Shown here one piece after another: positions 18,136 to 27,243 of a DNA stretch of 64,000 bases (position 1 is the first letter of the stretch; each line of letters starts with the position of its first letter). The DNA is taken from assembly GCA_025963485.1 (NCBI GenBank), contig JAOQAO010000067.1:796-64795 (forward strand), read 5' to 3'. A program made the translations under genes and the position numbers. The notes below the pieces were generated by a model, which saw nothing but the letters and a program-made list of their open reading frames with translations, was not told where the DNA came from and did not search any database. The DNA is from Bacteroidota bacterium (lineage in GTDB: Bacteria > Bacteroidota > Bacteroidia > Chitinophagales > LD1).

Positions 18136-18182
18136 AATCATTTTCAAATCAGCACATCTTCAAATTTTTAAATCAGCACATG
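18136..18182. repeat. short dispersed AT-rich element, copy 1 (CATTTTCAAATCAGCACATC TTCAAATTTTTAAATCAGCACATG)
   Basis: Shares the exact words CATTTTCAAAT, TTCAAATTTT and AATCAGCACATC with 63874..63911. It is internally duplicated (AAATCAGCACAT twice). Its last three bases are the start codon at 18180. Confidence 0.7.
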
Positions 18183-19571
18183 AGCTTCACACTGACCAAT
18201 AAAGTCCGCATCGTCACCGCAGCATCCCTCTTTGATGGGCATGATGCCGCGATCAATATTATGCGCCGCATCATGCAGGCGAAAGGCGCAGAGGTCATCC
18301 ACCTCGGCCACAACCGCAGCGCACAGGAGATCGTCGAGACCGCCATCCAGGAGGATGCACAGGGGATTGCCGTCACTTCCTATCAGGGAGGACACGTCGA
18401 GTTCTTCAAGTACATGTTTGACCTGCTCAAAGAGCGCAACTGCGGCCACATCAAAATATTCGGAGGCGGTGGCGGCACCATTCTGCCTACCGAGATCGAG
18501 GAACTGCATAAATACGGCATAGTCCGCATCTACTCTCCGGACGATGGCCGCAAGATGGGCCTCGAAGGCATGATAGAGGATCTGGTGAAGCAATGCGATT
18601 TCCTCACCGTGCCATCGATGAATGGCGAACTCAAAAATATCAACACCAAAGACTGGAAGACCATAGCCCGCTCTATCACCTATGCAGAAAATGGCAACAA
18701 GATCGACCTGGGCAAAAAATCTGAAGTAAAGATCCCCGTCCTCGGTATCACAGGTACAGGTGGCGCCGGCAAATCATCTGTCACTGACGAGATCGTTCGC
18801 CGCTACCTGATGAACTATCCCGACAAGACCATCGCAGTCATCTCTGTCGACCCATCCAAGAAAAAAACAGGCGGAGCCCTCCTCGGCGATCGTATTCGTA
18901 TGAATGCGATCTCAAATCCGCGGACCTATATGCGCTCACTCGCCACACGCGAGAGCGATCGCGCACTCAGCGAACATGTGCAGGAAGCTATTGATATCTG
19001 CAAAGCTGCTCATTTCGATTTTATCATTCTCGAGAGTGCAGGTGTGGGACAAAGCGACGCCTCTATCCTCGACTACTGCGATGTCTCTATGTATGTCATG
19101 ACGCCCGAATATGGTGCACCATCTCAGCTGGAGAAGATAAATATGCTCGACTATGCCGATGTCATAGCCATAAACAAATTTGACAAAGCCGGAGCGCTCG
19201 ACTCGCTCCACGATGTACGCAAGCAGTACAAGCGCAATCATACCATGTTTCAGGCCAAAGATGAAGACCTGCCTATCGTGGGTACCATAGCGTCACAGTT
19301 CAATGATGCAGGCGTCAATCATCTCTTCGAGGCGCTTTTCATCGCTGTAGAAAAGAAGACAGGCATTTCCTTCAAAGTCAAACACACCTCAACCAAAAGC
19401 ACTGCCAGCAAGACACAGGTAATCCCGCCTTCGCGTGTGCGTTATCTCGCTGAGATCGCAGAAACCATAGAGGAATACGACCGCTGGGCAGATGAGCAAA
19501 GTGACATCGCCCGCAAGTTGTATCAACTGCAGGGCGTCATTGATATGGTGGAGAAACCGGAGAAGAATTAG
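18180..19571 (+). CDS. cobalamin-binding domain fused to a MeaB/ArgK-type G-protein (IcmF-like N-terminal two-thirds, no mutase barrel)
   Basis: Residues 1-140 form a B12-binding domain ([23 protein letters not shown]...IKIFGGGGG). From about residue 185 there is a P-loop GTPase ([20 protein letters not shown]...[11 protein letters not shown]...INKFD). The ORF stops at 463 aa, 9 nt before an unrelated gene. Confidence 0.75.
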   Translation: MSFTLTNKVRIVTAASLFDGHDAAINIMRRIMQAKGAEVIHLGHNRSAQEIVETAIQEDAQGIAVTSYQGGHVEFFKYMFDLLKERNCGHIKIFGGGGGTILPTEIEELHKYGIVRIYSPDDGRKMGLEGMIEDLVKQCDFLTVPSMNGELKNINTKDWKTIARSITYAENGNKIDLGKKSEVKIPVLGITGTGGAGKSSVTDEIVRRYLMNYPDKTIAVISVDPSKKKTGGALLGDRIRMNAISNPRTYMRSLATRESDRALSEHVQEAIDICKAAHFDFIILESAGVGQSDASILDYCDVSMYVMTPEYGAPSQLEKINMLDYADVIAINKFDKAGALDSLHDVRKQYKRNHTMFQAKDEDLPIVGTIASQFNDAGVNHLFEALFIAVEKKTGISFKVKHTSTKSTASKTQVIPPSRVRYLAEIAETIEEYDRWADEQSDIARKLYQLQGVIDMVEKPEKN

Positions 19572-19579
19572 AGATTCCC

Positions 19580-21310
19580 ATGCCCCTCACCATCCAAAAC
19601 TTCGACGAAACCAATGATGAGGTCACCCAGCGCGGCAAAGAATATTTCGATAACGGTGCTGTAGCCTCTCTCGATGATGCCGGTCACGGCGAGTGGCTGG
19701 CCACAGTCATAGGCACCAAAGAATATAGCGTAGAAGTATCCCTCAAAAAGAATACGGTCACCAGCACAGATTGCACCTGCTATTTCTTTGAGACAAATCA
19801 ATATTGCAAGCATGTCGCGGCTACCCTTTACGCCATCCGTGACAGGAAGGATAAGCCTGCTAAAGCTAAGAAACCCAAAGAGCCGAAGATCAAAAGTCCG
19901 TTGCAGCAGTTGCAACACGCTGCTGACGCGATGGATGTAGCGTACCTGCGCAGCTTTATCAAAACGCACGCCGTCCACAATAAAGAGTTTACCAATAGTT
20001 TTCTCTTTCATGCCAAACAGATAGCGGTCTCTGAGGATACATCCGTAGAAAACTATCGTGAGCTCATCCGCCTCGCCATCGCCAATAGCACAGAGCGCAG
20101 CCGAAAGTCCATCCATATAGATGACGACATACTCGCAGGTTATATCAGGCCGCTGTTGGAGCAGGTCAGAAAACATATGGCTGATGAAAACTATCTCGAT
20201 GCCGTAGCTATTGTTAAGGCGATGATAGAGGAGCTGTCATCCCTGCAGGAGTCTACATTTACCGGAGACAAAACACTCCGGCTCTTTATACAGGCCTTTG
20301 AATTGCTCCAGGCTATCGCCACCTCCGATGTACCTTTTGTTTTCAAGGATGATCTTTTTGAGTACACCATAGGCAAAATCGGGACCGGCCTTTTTTCCAA
20401 TACAGTACTGGAAAAATCATTCCACACGCTGCTTATCCATCTGGCCATAGATAATCAAAAACGGAACAGGCTGCTAGAGTTGTTTGCCAGGAAGGTCAAA
20501 GAAAGCAGGCCGCAGTCTCCGCAGTTTTATGGTTATTCTTATCATCCCGCGTGGATCGACTTCCTGTATCTGCAGATAGACCTCCTGCGGCTGATGAAGC
20601 GCGATGAGGAGGCCTGGCAGCTACTCCGCGATAATGCCGCATACAATGAGGAAGTAAGGCGCAAAGCAGTGGAATATGCCCTGGAGCACAAAGACTACGG
20701 GTACGCCAAACAACTGGTCCAGGAGCGTATGGTCGAGATGAGATCCAGTGATAATCAATACCGCTATCACAAAAGGCCATGGGAAATACTCCTCCTGAAA
20801 ATAGCCGAAGCAGAAAACGACAAACCTCAGGTACTCACCCTCGCTATGTCTTTGTTGCTCGACACTATGGATATCGCCTACTACCGTATTGCAAAAAAAC
20901 ATGCATCGCCTACTGAGTGGAAATCCGAGGTACAGGCACTGATACAAAAGATATTTTCACGGCACCTTTCTGTCGAGTTTTTGGGCAAAATATATGCCGA
21001 GGAAAATATGACAGAAGAGCTGTTTCAGCTGATGAAAAAATATCAGAATATCTATCTCCTCCGCTCCTTTGCCGATATACTCATCCCTCAGCACAAAAAG
21101 GAGATCTTCTCCCTATACAGGTCTGCCATAGAAGCATTCGCCATCGAGGCCTTTACATCCAATTACTCCACCATCCGCGACCACATCAATCACATCATCG
21201 ATCTCGGAGGATTGGATACTGCGCGTGAGATCGTTGCCCACCTCAAAAACATCTACCGGGGCAGGCCCAAACTCCTGGAACAGCTATCTAAAGTTAAGAT
21301 CCCGGCGTAA
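19580..21310 (+). CDS. SWIM zinc-finger protein with a long helical-repeat C-terminal region
   Basis: SWIM signature CTCYFFETNQYCKHVAATLYAI (CxCxnCxH) near residue 65. The remainder is alpha-helical and repeat-like. Confidence 0.7.
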   Translation: MPLTIQNFDETNDEVTQRGKEYFDNGAVASLDDAGHGEWLATVIGTKEYSVEVSLKKNTVTSTDCTCYFFETNQYCKHVAATLYAIRDRKDKPAKAKKPKEPKIKSPLQQLQHAADAMDVAYLRSFIKTHAVHNKEFTNSFLFHAKQIAVSEDTSVENYRELIRLAIANSTERSRKSIHIDDDILAGYIRPLLEQVRKHMADENYLDAVAIVKAMIEELSSLQESTFTGDKTLRLFIQAFELLQAIATSDVPFVFKDDLFEYTIGKIGTGLFSNTVLEKSFHTLLIHLAIDNQKRNRLLELFARKVKESRPQSPQFYGYSYHPAWIDFLYLQIDLLRLMKRDEEAWQLLRDNAAYNEEVRRKAVEYALEHKDYGYAKQLVQERMVEMRSSDNQYRYHKRPWEILLLKIAEAENDKPQVLTLAMSLLLDTMDIAYYRIAKKHASPTEWKSEVQALIQKIFSRHLSVEFLGKIYAEENMTEELFQLMKKYQNIYLLRSFADILIPQHKKEIFSLYRSAIEAFAIEAFTSNYSTIRDHINHIIDLGGLDTAREIVAHLKNIYRGRPKLLEQLSKVKIPA

Positions 21311-21360
21311 TTGCATCGTCTCCCATAAACTATTTACCTTTGCAGTACGTCCTTATAAAC

Positions 21361-21885
21361 ATGCAAATGCCAGATCCTATTATCAATAAAGTAGCCCAGA
21401 AGGCAATAGTCACCATAGACCTCGCCGATTTCTTCCCCAAAGAGGAGGATATAGTTGCTATTGATATGAAAGATTATCTTTTCAAGGGACTCATCCTCCG
21501 CGAGGCTGACTTCCGCGATCAGGTCAAAAACACCGATTGGTCCATCTATCAGGATAAATACGTTGTCCTCCACTCATCGGTAGATGCTATCATCCCTATG
21601 TGGGCATATATGGTTATTAGCGCGGAACTAACGCCCTACGCAAAAGATATAGCCAATAGCACTCCGGCCCACGCAGTAGAGATATTTATGTATCGTGCTA
21701 TAGACAAAATAAATCCGGCTGACTACGAAGGCCAGCGTATAGTCATCAAAGGCTGCGGCGACCGGCAGATAGATGCGGCGGCTTTTGTATCCATCACCCA
21801 GCGCCTCGCCACATCGGCCCGTGCCCTCATGTACGGCGAACCATGCTCCATGGTCCCTGTCTACAAAAGGGTCGTATCACAATAA
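21361..21885 (+). CDS. DUF2480-like conserved Bacteroidota protein (hypothetical)
   Basis: 174 aa from MQMPDPIINK. The family resemblance is recalled from memory and function is unknown. The tracked ORF begins at a TTG at 21340. Confidence 0.5.
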   Translation: MQMPDPIINKVAQKAIVTIDLADFFPKEEDIVAIDMKDYLFKGLILREADFRDQVKNTDWSIYQDKYVVLHSSVDAIIPMWAYMVISAELTPYAKDIANSTPAHAVEIFMYRAIDKINPADYEGQRIVIKGCGDRQIDAAAFVSITQRLATSARALMYGEPCSMVPVYKRVVSQ

Positions 21886-22087
21886 TTTCCCGCTTTTTAC
21901 TTTAATATTACATCACCGACCCCGATCTCAAAGACCAACGTCATTGCGACAAATTTTTCCCGCAAAAATAAAATGCGGAAAATTTGGAAGCAATCTATAA
22001 CTAAAGAGTCAGAGGTGTTAAGTAGTGAAAACAGGGGTCTATTATTAATCTTGAATTTGGAGCTTAGCGATTGACAGCCGGCCTTTT

Positions 22088-23032
22088 ATGCAAAAAAGAA
22101 AATACATATCATTCTTCCTTATCGCCATCCTCGGCATCGGCCTGGCATCAGCAGCTATATATGCTGTCAAGCCATCCCTCATCAATGTTTTCACAAAAAC
22201 AAAAATGGAGGCACCGGGTCTCAAATGGGTCAAGGATACAGCCATGCAGGTATATCCATTCCGGGTAGATGGTGAACTGACCTTCGCCGGCGAGCGCGTA
22301 CCGATGGAGGAGCCCGATGTCCGCGAGCGCCTCGACCGCGAGCTTCAGATCAATGTCTTCCGCCAGTCCAACACCATCCTCAATATGAAATTGGCTAACC
22401 GCTACTTCCCTGATATGGAGCGGATATTGATCGAGGAGGGCGTACCTACTGACTTCAAATACCTTCCTCTGATAGAGAGTGATTTCCGCGACGTCATATC
22501 GCCATCCGGTGCGGGAGGTTTCTGGCAGTTCGTGCCCGCCACTGGCAAAATGTACGGCCTCGAAGTAAACGACATCATCGACGAGCGCTACAATATCGAG
22601 AAGTCCACCCGCGCAGCATGCACGTACCTCAAAGCTGCCAAAGAGCGCCTGGGCTCATGGACCGCTGCTGCTGCTTCATACAATTTCGGGGTAGACGGCG
22701 TGGCCGGAAAACTCGATGCGCAGCACACGACCAACTATTATGATCTGTCGATCACCTCGGAGACGTCACGTTATGTTTTCCGTATGCTGGCTATGAAAGT
22801 CATCTTTGCCGATCCTGAGCGCGCGGGCTATCACCTGCAGACGGAAGATCTCTATCAGCCCGTGCAGTACACAGTAGTGGAGGTTGACTCCACCATCACC
22901 AATCTCGCCGACTTCGCAGAGTCACAAGGTTTGAAATACAAAGAGCTCAAACAGCTCAACGCATGGATGCGAAATACATCCCTGCCCAATAAGGCGAAAA
23001 AAACCTATCAGATCAAGATACTGATCAGGTGA
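22088..23032 (+). CDS. lytic transglycosylase (SLT domain), membrane-anchored
   Basis: N-terminal TM segment, catalytic block LPLIESDFRDVISPSGAGGFWQFVPATG, and downstream AASYNFG. Confidence 0.8.
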   Translation: MQKRKYISFFLIAILGIGLASAAIYAVKPSLINVFTKTKMEAPGLKWVKDTAMQVYPFRVDGELTFAGERVPMEEPDVRERLDRELQINVFRQSNTILNMKLANRYFPDMERILIEEGVPTDFKYLPLIESDFRDVISPSGAGGFWQFVPATGKMYGLEVNDIIDERYNIEKSTRAACTYLKAAKERLGSWTAAAASYNFGVDGVAGKLDAQHTTNYYDLSITSETSRYVFRMLAMKVIFADPERAGYHLQTEDLYQPVQYTVVEVDSTITNLADFAESQGLKYKELKQLNAWMRNTSLPNKAKKTYQIKILIR

Positions 23033-23081
23033 TTTACCGGATAGGACATTTTTGATTATCATTATTTCCTAAATCAAAACC

Positions 23082-24128
23082 ATGAAACGTATCTCCATTC
23101 TTTGCTTGATCCTCACTATATCCGCGCTCAGGCTATTCTCGCAGGATGAAAAAGTCACTGCATTTGTAGCTGAGGGCGTAAAACTTCACGACAAAGGCAA
23201 CTATTCAGCAGCCGTTAAGGAGTTCCAAAAAGCTTTGGCTATCGACGCAAATTCCACATTGGCTCTCTATGAATCTGCCAATACTTACTTCGCCATGAAG
23301 AATTACGATAAGGCCATCGAACATACCGACAAGATCATATCCCTGCATAAAGGGAATGTCGATGAGTCGTATGTCCTGAAAGGCTCCGCACTGGACCTCC
23401 TCAATAAACCGCTGGATGCCATTGCCACCTATAAGCAAGGAATCAAGGACTATCCAGACGATTATTTCCTCTACTACAATCTTGCGCTTACATCCTACAA
23501 TCAGAAACTCATCCCGGAAGCGGAAGAGGCACTAAAGAAGGGACTTGTCCTCAATCCCCAGCACGCCAGCAGCCATTTACTGCTTGGCTATATTAAACAG
23601 GAGCAGGGCGACAGGACCAAATCGCTTTTAGCCCTTTACAATTTCCTCCTGCTCGAGCCAGCCAGCCAGCGCACAAAGGTCGCTTTAGAACAACTCACCA
23701 CACAGATGAAAGCTGGCGTGGTAAGGAAGGATAAAAAGACCACAAATATTTTCATGAATACGTCTGTATCACCTGGCGACGATTCCAGTTCAGCCGCATC
23801 ATTTCGGGCGGCGGACTTTTCTCTCTCCATAATGGAGGCTGGCAAGGACATCGACAAGAACAAACACAAAACAGAGCAGGAGCTATTCGTATCAAGCACT
23901 GGCACCTTTTTGGGCATCCTCGGAGAATTGAAAAAAGACAACAAAGGCTTCTGGTGGAATTACTACGTAGATTTCTTCTATGCCTTGGATAAAGCAAAGC
24001 ATATAGAAGCATTCTGCTATTACATCACTCAATCTAAAGATGACAAAGAGATCAATACCTGGCTAAAGAAAAACAAATCTAAAGTCACTGCTTTCGCAGA
24101 CTGGTATGGCAAATATGACAGACGCTGA
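23082..24128 (+). CDS. secreted tetratricopeptide-repeat protein
   Basis: Signal peptide plus several TPR units (GNYSAAVKEFQKALAIDANS, KNYDKAIEHTDKII, and others). The C-terminal half is unassigned. Confidence 0.65.
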   Translation: MKRISILCLILTISALRLFSQDEKVTAFVAEGVKLHDKGNYSAAVKEFQKALAIDANSTLALYESANTYFAMKNYDKAIEHTDKIISLHKGNVDESYVLKGSALDLLNKPLDAIATYKQGIKDYPDDYFLYYNLALTSYNQKLIPEAEEALKKGLVLNPQHASSHLLLGYIKQEQGDRTKSLLALYNFLLLEPASQRTKVALEQLTTQMKAGVVRKDKKTTNIFMNTSVSPGDDSSSAASFRAADFSLSIMEAGKDIDKNKHKTEQELFVSSTGTFLGILGELKKDNKGFWWNYYVDFFYALDKAKHIEAFCYYITQSKDDKEINTWLKKNKSKVTAFADWYGKYDRR

Positions 24129-24134
24129 TCGAAA

Positions 24135-24170
24135 TTAATTCTGCTAATTCTTTAATTCTGTAAATTCTGA
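24135..24170. repeat. four AATTCT(G/T) words at 8-9-nt spacing in the convergent intergenic gap
   Basis: AATTCTG at 24137, AATTCTT at 24146, AATTCTG at 24154 and AATTCTG at 24163. No hairpin potential. Confidence 0.7.
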
Positions 24171-24176
24171 TACCGA

Positions 24177-25484
24177 CTATACTCTTTTGATCTCCGCCCC
24201 TATCGCATTCAGGCGCGTATCGATGCGCTGATAGCCGCGATCTATTTGATCTATATTATTGATGGTAGACTTGCCGTCTGCCGAGAGCGCTGCGATCAGC
24301 AGCGATACTCCGGCGCGGATATCCGGCGACGACATCGTGATGCCGCGTAGATTATGTTCCCGGTTGAGGCCGATCACAGAGGCCCTATGCGGGTCGCAGA
24401 GTATGATCTGTGCACCCATGTCTATCAGCTTATCTACGAAGAAGAGCCTCGACTCAAACATCTTCTGATGTATCAGCACCGAACCCTTGGCCTGTGTAGC
24501 CACCACGAGTACGATACTGATCAGGTCTGGCGTAAATAATGGCCATGGTCCATCCGCCACAGTCAGTATCGAGCCATCTATAAATTTCGATATCTCATAG
24601 CGCTCCTGAGCCGGGATGAAAATATCATCTCCCTTCAGCTCCATTTGTATCCCTAGCTTCTGAAACACCGGAAGTATATTACCCAGATGCTCCAGTCCAC
24701 AGCCCTTGATATTGATCTCAGACTGCGTCATCGCCGCCAGCCCGATGAATGAACCTATCTCTATCATATCCGGTAGCATACGATGCTCCGTGCCACCTAG
24801 CGCATCGACACCTTCGATATACAGCAGATTAGACCCGATCCCGCTGATCTTTGCACCCATGCGGTTTAGCATAGAGCATATTTGCTGGAGGTATGGTTCG
24901 CAGGCAGCATTGTAGATCGTAGTCTTGCCTTTTGCCATCACTGCCGTCATCACGATATTGGCGGTACCTGTCACCGACGGTTCGTCGAGCAGGATATAAG
25001 TTCCCCTCAGATGATCGGCCTCTATCGAGTAGAAACTATCCTCCGAGTCAAAGTTGAATCGTGCACCCAGTTTCTCAAAACCAAGGAAGTGCGTGTCCAG
25101 CCTCCTGCGCCCTATCTTATCGCCACCCGGCTTTGGCATGTATGCCTTCTTGAATCGCGTCAGCAGCGGTCCGATGATCATGATAGAGCCCCTGAGCGCC
25201 GCGCCCTTCTTGCGAAATACATCTGACTGCAGATATTCCAGATTCACTGCATCCGCCTGGAATGTATACGTATCCTCATTCACGCGCTCCACCTTTACGC
25301 TCAGGTCACGCAGTATATCGATGAGCAGATTGACGTCACGTATATCCGGTATGTTGCTGATGGTGATCTTCTCAGGCGTGAGCAGCACCGCACAAAGTAT
25401 TTGTAATGCTTCATTCTTCGCACCCTGTGGCACCAATTCTCCTTTGAGTTTCCTCCCTCCTGTTACTTCAAATGCATTTGGCAT
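24177..25484 (-). CDS. murA: UDP-N-acetylglucosamine 1-carboxyvinyltransferase
   Basis: The N-terminus FEVTGGRKLKGELVPQGAKNEALQILCAVLL parallels E. coli MurA. 435 aa. Confidence 0.92.
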   Translation of the reverse strand: MPNAFEVTGGRKLKGELVPQGAKNEALQILCAVLLTPEKITISNIPDIRDVNLLIDILRDLSVKVERVNEDTYTFQADAVNLEYLQSDVFRKKGAALRGSIMIIGPLLTRFKKAYMPKPGGDKIGRRRLDTHFLGFEKLGARFNFDSEDSFYSIEADHLRGTYILLDEPSVTGTANIVMTAVMAKGKTTIYNAACEPYLQQICSMLNRMGAKISGIGSNLLYIEGVDALGGTEHRMLPDMIEIGSFIGLAAMTQSEINIKGCGLEHLGNILPVFQKLGIQMELKGDDIFIPAQERYEISKFIDGSILTVADGPWPLFTPDLISIVLVVATQAKGSVLIHQKMFESRLFFVDKLIDMGAQIILCDPHRASVIGLNREHNLRGITMSSPDIRAGVSLLIAALSADGKSTINNIDQIDRGYQRIDTRLNAIGAEIKRV

Positions 25485-25486
25485 AA

Positions 25487-25525
25487 TAGTATTAAGTAAT
25501 AAGTATTTAGTATTAAGACTAAATA
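25487..25525. repeat. AGTATT(T/A)AGTA-type stuttering repeat abutting the murA start codon
   Basis: tAGTATTAAGTAATAAGTATTTAGTATTAAGACTAAATAC. It shares the exact 13-mer AGTATTAAGTAAT and the 10-mer GTATTTAGTA with 62351..62395. Confidence 0.75.
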
Positions 25526-25627
25526 CAAATCAAAGCAAAATAGGCTGGTGACTGGCGACTTCCTACTCAAGACTAGCAACAACACCTTGTGAAGTGTATG
25601 CTTTTATAAAGCACAGCTTGGATAAAG

Positions 25628-25644
25628 TCTCCCCTTTGGGGAGA
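25628..25644 (-). terminator. short hairpin directly after the YdcF-like gene stop
   Basis: TCTCCCC-TTT-GGGGAGA, 1 nt from the stop at 25646-25648. The U-tract is weak. Confidence 0.35.
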
Positions 25645-25645
25645 T

Positions 25646-26269
25646 TTAGAGGGGCCGTTTTTTAATAAGATAATACAATGTCTTCATGTATTCATTGTTC
25701 AATCCGATCAGTCCGTACTCACTTTGCCACCATAGGTTTTCATCAAACTGTGAGTCATGTGCTCCCCGCATGATCACCTGGATACCTTCTTTTGCAAAAC
25801 GTTTTTTGTAAACCTTCCCCGCGCGTCTTGTATGAAACAAGTTGGTCACTACAAGTACCTTTGTGATCTTATGCTCCCTGCAGTAGCCGATCAGCGTATC
25901 AGCCTCTTCGATAGTACTGGTGCCATATCTCAATACCGTGACCATCGAGTCAGGCACACCATTGCGCAGTATATTCTTCCTGAGCAGTTCGCTTTCATAT
26001 ACCGTATCCCCCATGATGAGGAATGCCCGCTCCAGGTTGCCTCCGGGGCAGATGATATGTTTGGCATATCCTTCTTTGTAGAGCCTCGCTCCTTCATTTC
26101 CTCTATCAAAAGCATTACCTGATAGCACGACCATTAGATCGGCTTTTTCAGGATCATCCTGCTTCATCAGAAAATTGGAAAAACTACGGAGTATCGGCGT
26201 CTTGAAAACAACACCCACCGCGATGAGCATGATGCAAAGGCAAAGAAAAGCCAGGATATTCCTTCTCAC
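25646..26269 (-). CDS. YdcF/ElyC-family (DUF218) protein
   Basis: N-terminal TM segment. Contains LMVVLSGNAFDRGNEGARLYKEGYAKHIICPGG and VVTNLFHTRRA, typical of DUF218. Confidence 0.7.
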   Translation of the reverse strand: MRRNILAFLCLCIMLIAVGVVFKTPILRSFSNFLMKQDDPEKADLMVVLSGNAFDRGNEGARLYKEGYAKHIICPGGNLERAFLIMGDTVYESELLRKNILRNGVPDSMVTVLRYGTSTIEEADTLIGYCREHKITKVLVVTNLFHTRRAGKVYKKRFAKEGIQVIMRGAHDSQFDENLWWQSEYGLIGLNNEYMKTLYYLIKKRPL

Positions 26270-26310
26270 GGTTGTATTGGTCTAGAGTCTATTGTCAAAT
26301 ATCCAGCGTC

Positions 26311-27144
26311 TTATATCTTGCTATTTAGCCAGGCTATCTCATCCAGGAAAACCTTCTCCCTGTCAGCCGCTGGCTCATTATGTAGTTCATGGTAGAAACC
26401 ATCATAGGCTTTGAATGTGATCAGGTCCTTGGTGCCATTCAGCGCAAAATCTTCAGATCCGGAAAAGGCGATCAGCTTATCATCCGTACCGTGTAGCAGG
26501 AGCAAGGGCACTTCGAGCTCAGTGGCATTTGCCAGGGCCCATTTTGCTGCATTGTATGTATCAAAGAAAGTGCCTGCTCTCGCAGTGCCATGCACCAGTG
26601 GGTCTTGCTCGTACTTTCTTACTTCCGCTTTATCCCGAGAGAGAGTGCTCGTGTCCAGTTTCGCCTGCTCAGCAAACTTAGGATAGATAAAACGCATGAT
26701 CCGTGCGAGGAATATCTGTATCGCCGGCGGGTCAAATGCTAGCCTCAGCCATGGCGATGTCACTATGGCGCCTGCCAGTTTCGGCTTTCTGCGCAACAGG
26801 TAGTTTAATACCATATTGCCACCCATGCTATGTCCATACAGGAACTTCGGTACTCCCGGAAATCTAGTCTCCGCTTCATCCAGAATAATTTTGACAGAAT
26901 TCAGGCTGGCATCCAGGCTTGGCGAATATCCCCGTGGGCCCACGGTATGTCCATGCCCATATTGGTCAAAGGCCAGTACAGCATATCCCTCGCGGCCCAG
27001 CCGCTCCGCCACGTGCGCATAGCGCCCGCTATGCTCTCCGAACCCATGCACCAGGCAGATCACCGCTTTCGTTTGCACCGGACTCCATCCTTGCGCATAA
27101 AACCTCGTTCCGTCCTGTGTCCAATTCCATTCAAAATGATTCAT
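26311..27144 (-). CDS. alpha/beta hydrolase (lysophospholipase / monoacylglycerol lipase-like)
   Basis: HGFGEHSGRY, nucleophile elbow GHSMGG, and C-terminal LLLHGTDD...YHE. Confidence 0.8.
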   Translation of the reverse strand: MNHFEWNWTQDGTRFYAQGWSPVQTKAVICLVHGFGEHSGRYAHVAERLGREGYAVLAFDQYGHGHTVGPRGYSPSLDASLNSVKIILDEAETRFPGVPKFLYGHSMGGNMVLNYLLRRKPKLAGAIVTSPWLRLAFDPPAIQIFLARIMRFIYPKFAEQAKLDTSTLSRDKAEVRKYEQDPLVHGTARAGTFFDTYNAAKWALANATELEVPLLLLHGTDDKLIAFSGSEDFALNGTKDLITFKAYDGFYHELHNEPAADREKVFLDEIAWLNSKI

Positions 27145-27243
27145 GAGATGTTTTTAAGTTGTGAATGATTTATCATTCATTTCAAATGTAGAAATTATCT
27201 TTGAGATATAATTTACATCCGGTCCTCCCTTCAATTAACACAC

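Noticed and set aside
18021-18179. Possible cobalamin riboswitch upstream of the B12-binding/GTPase gene
   Set aside because: The 160-nt leader is AT-rich, lacks the B12-box (GCCACTG-like core) and the GC-rich helices of cobalamin riboswitches, and is largely occupied by the short dispersed repeat.
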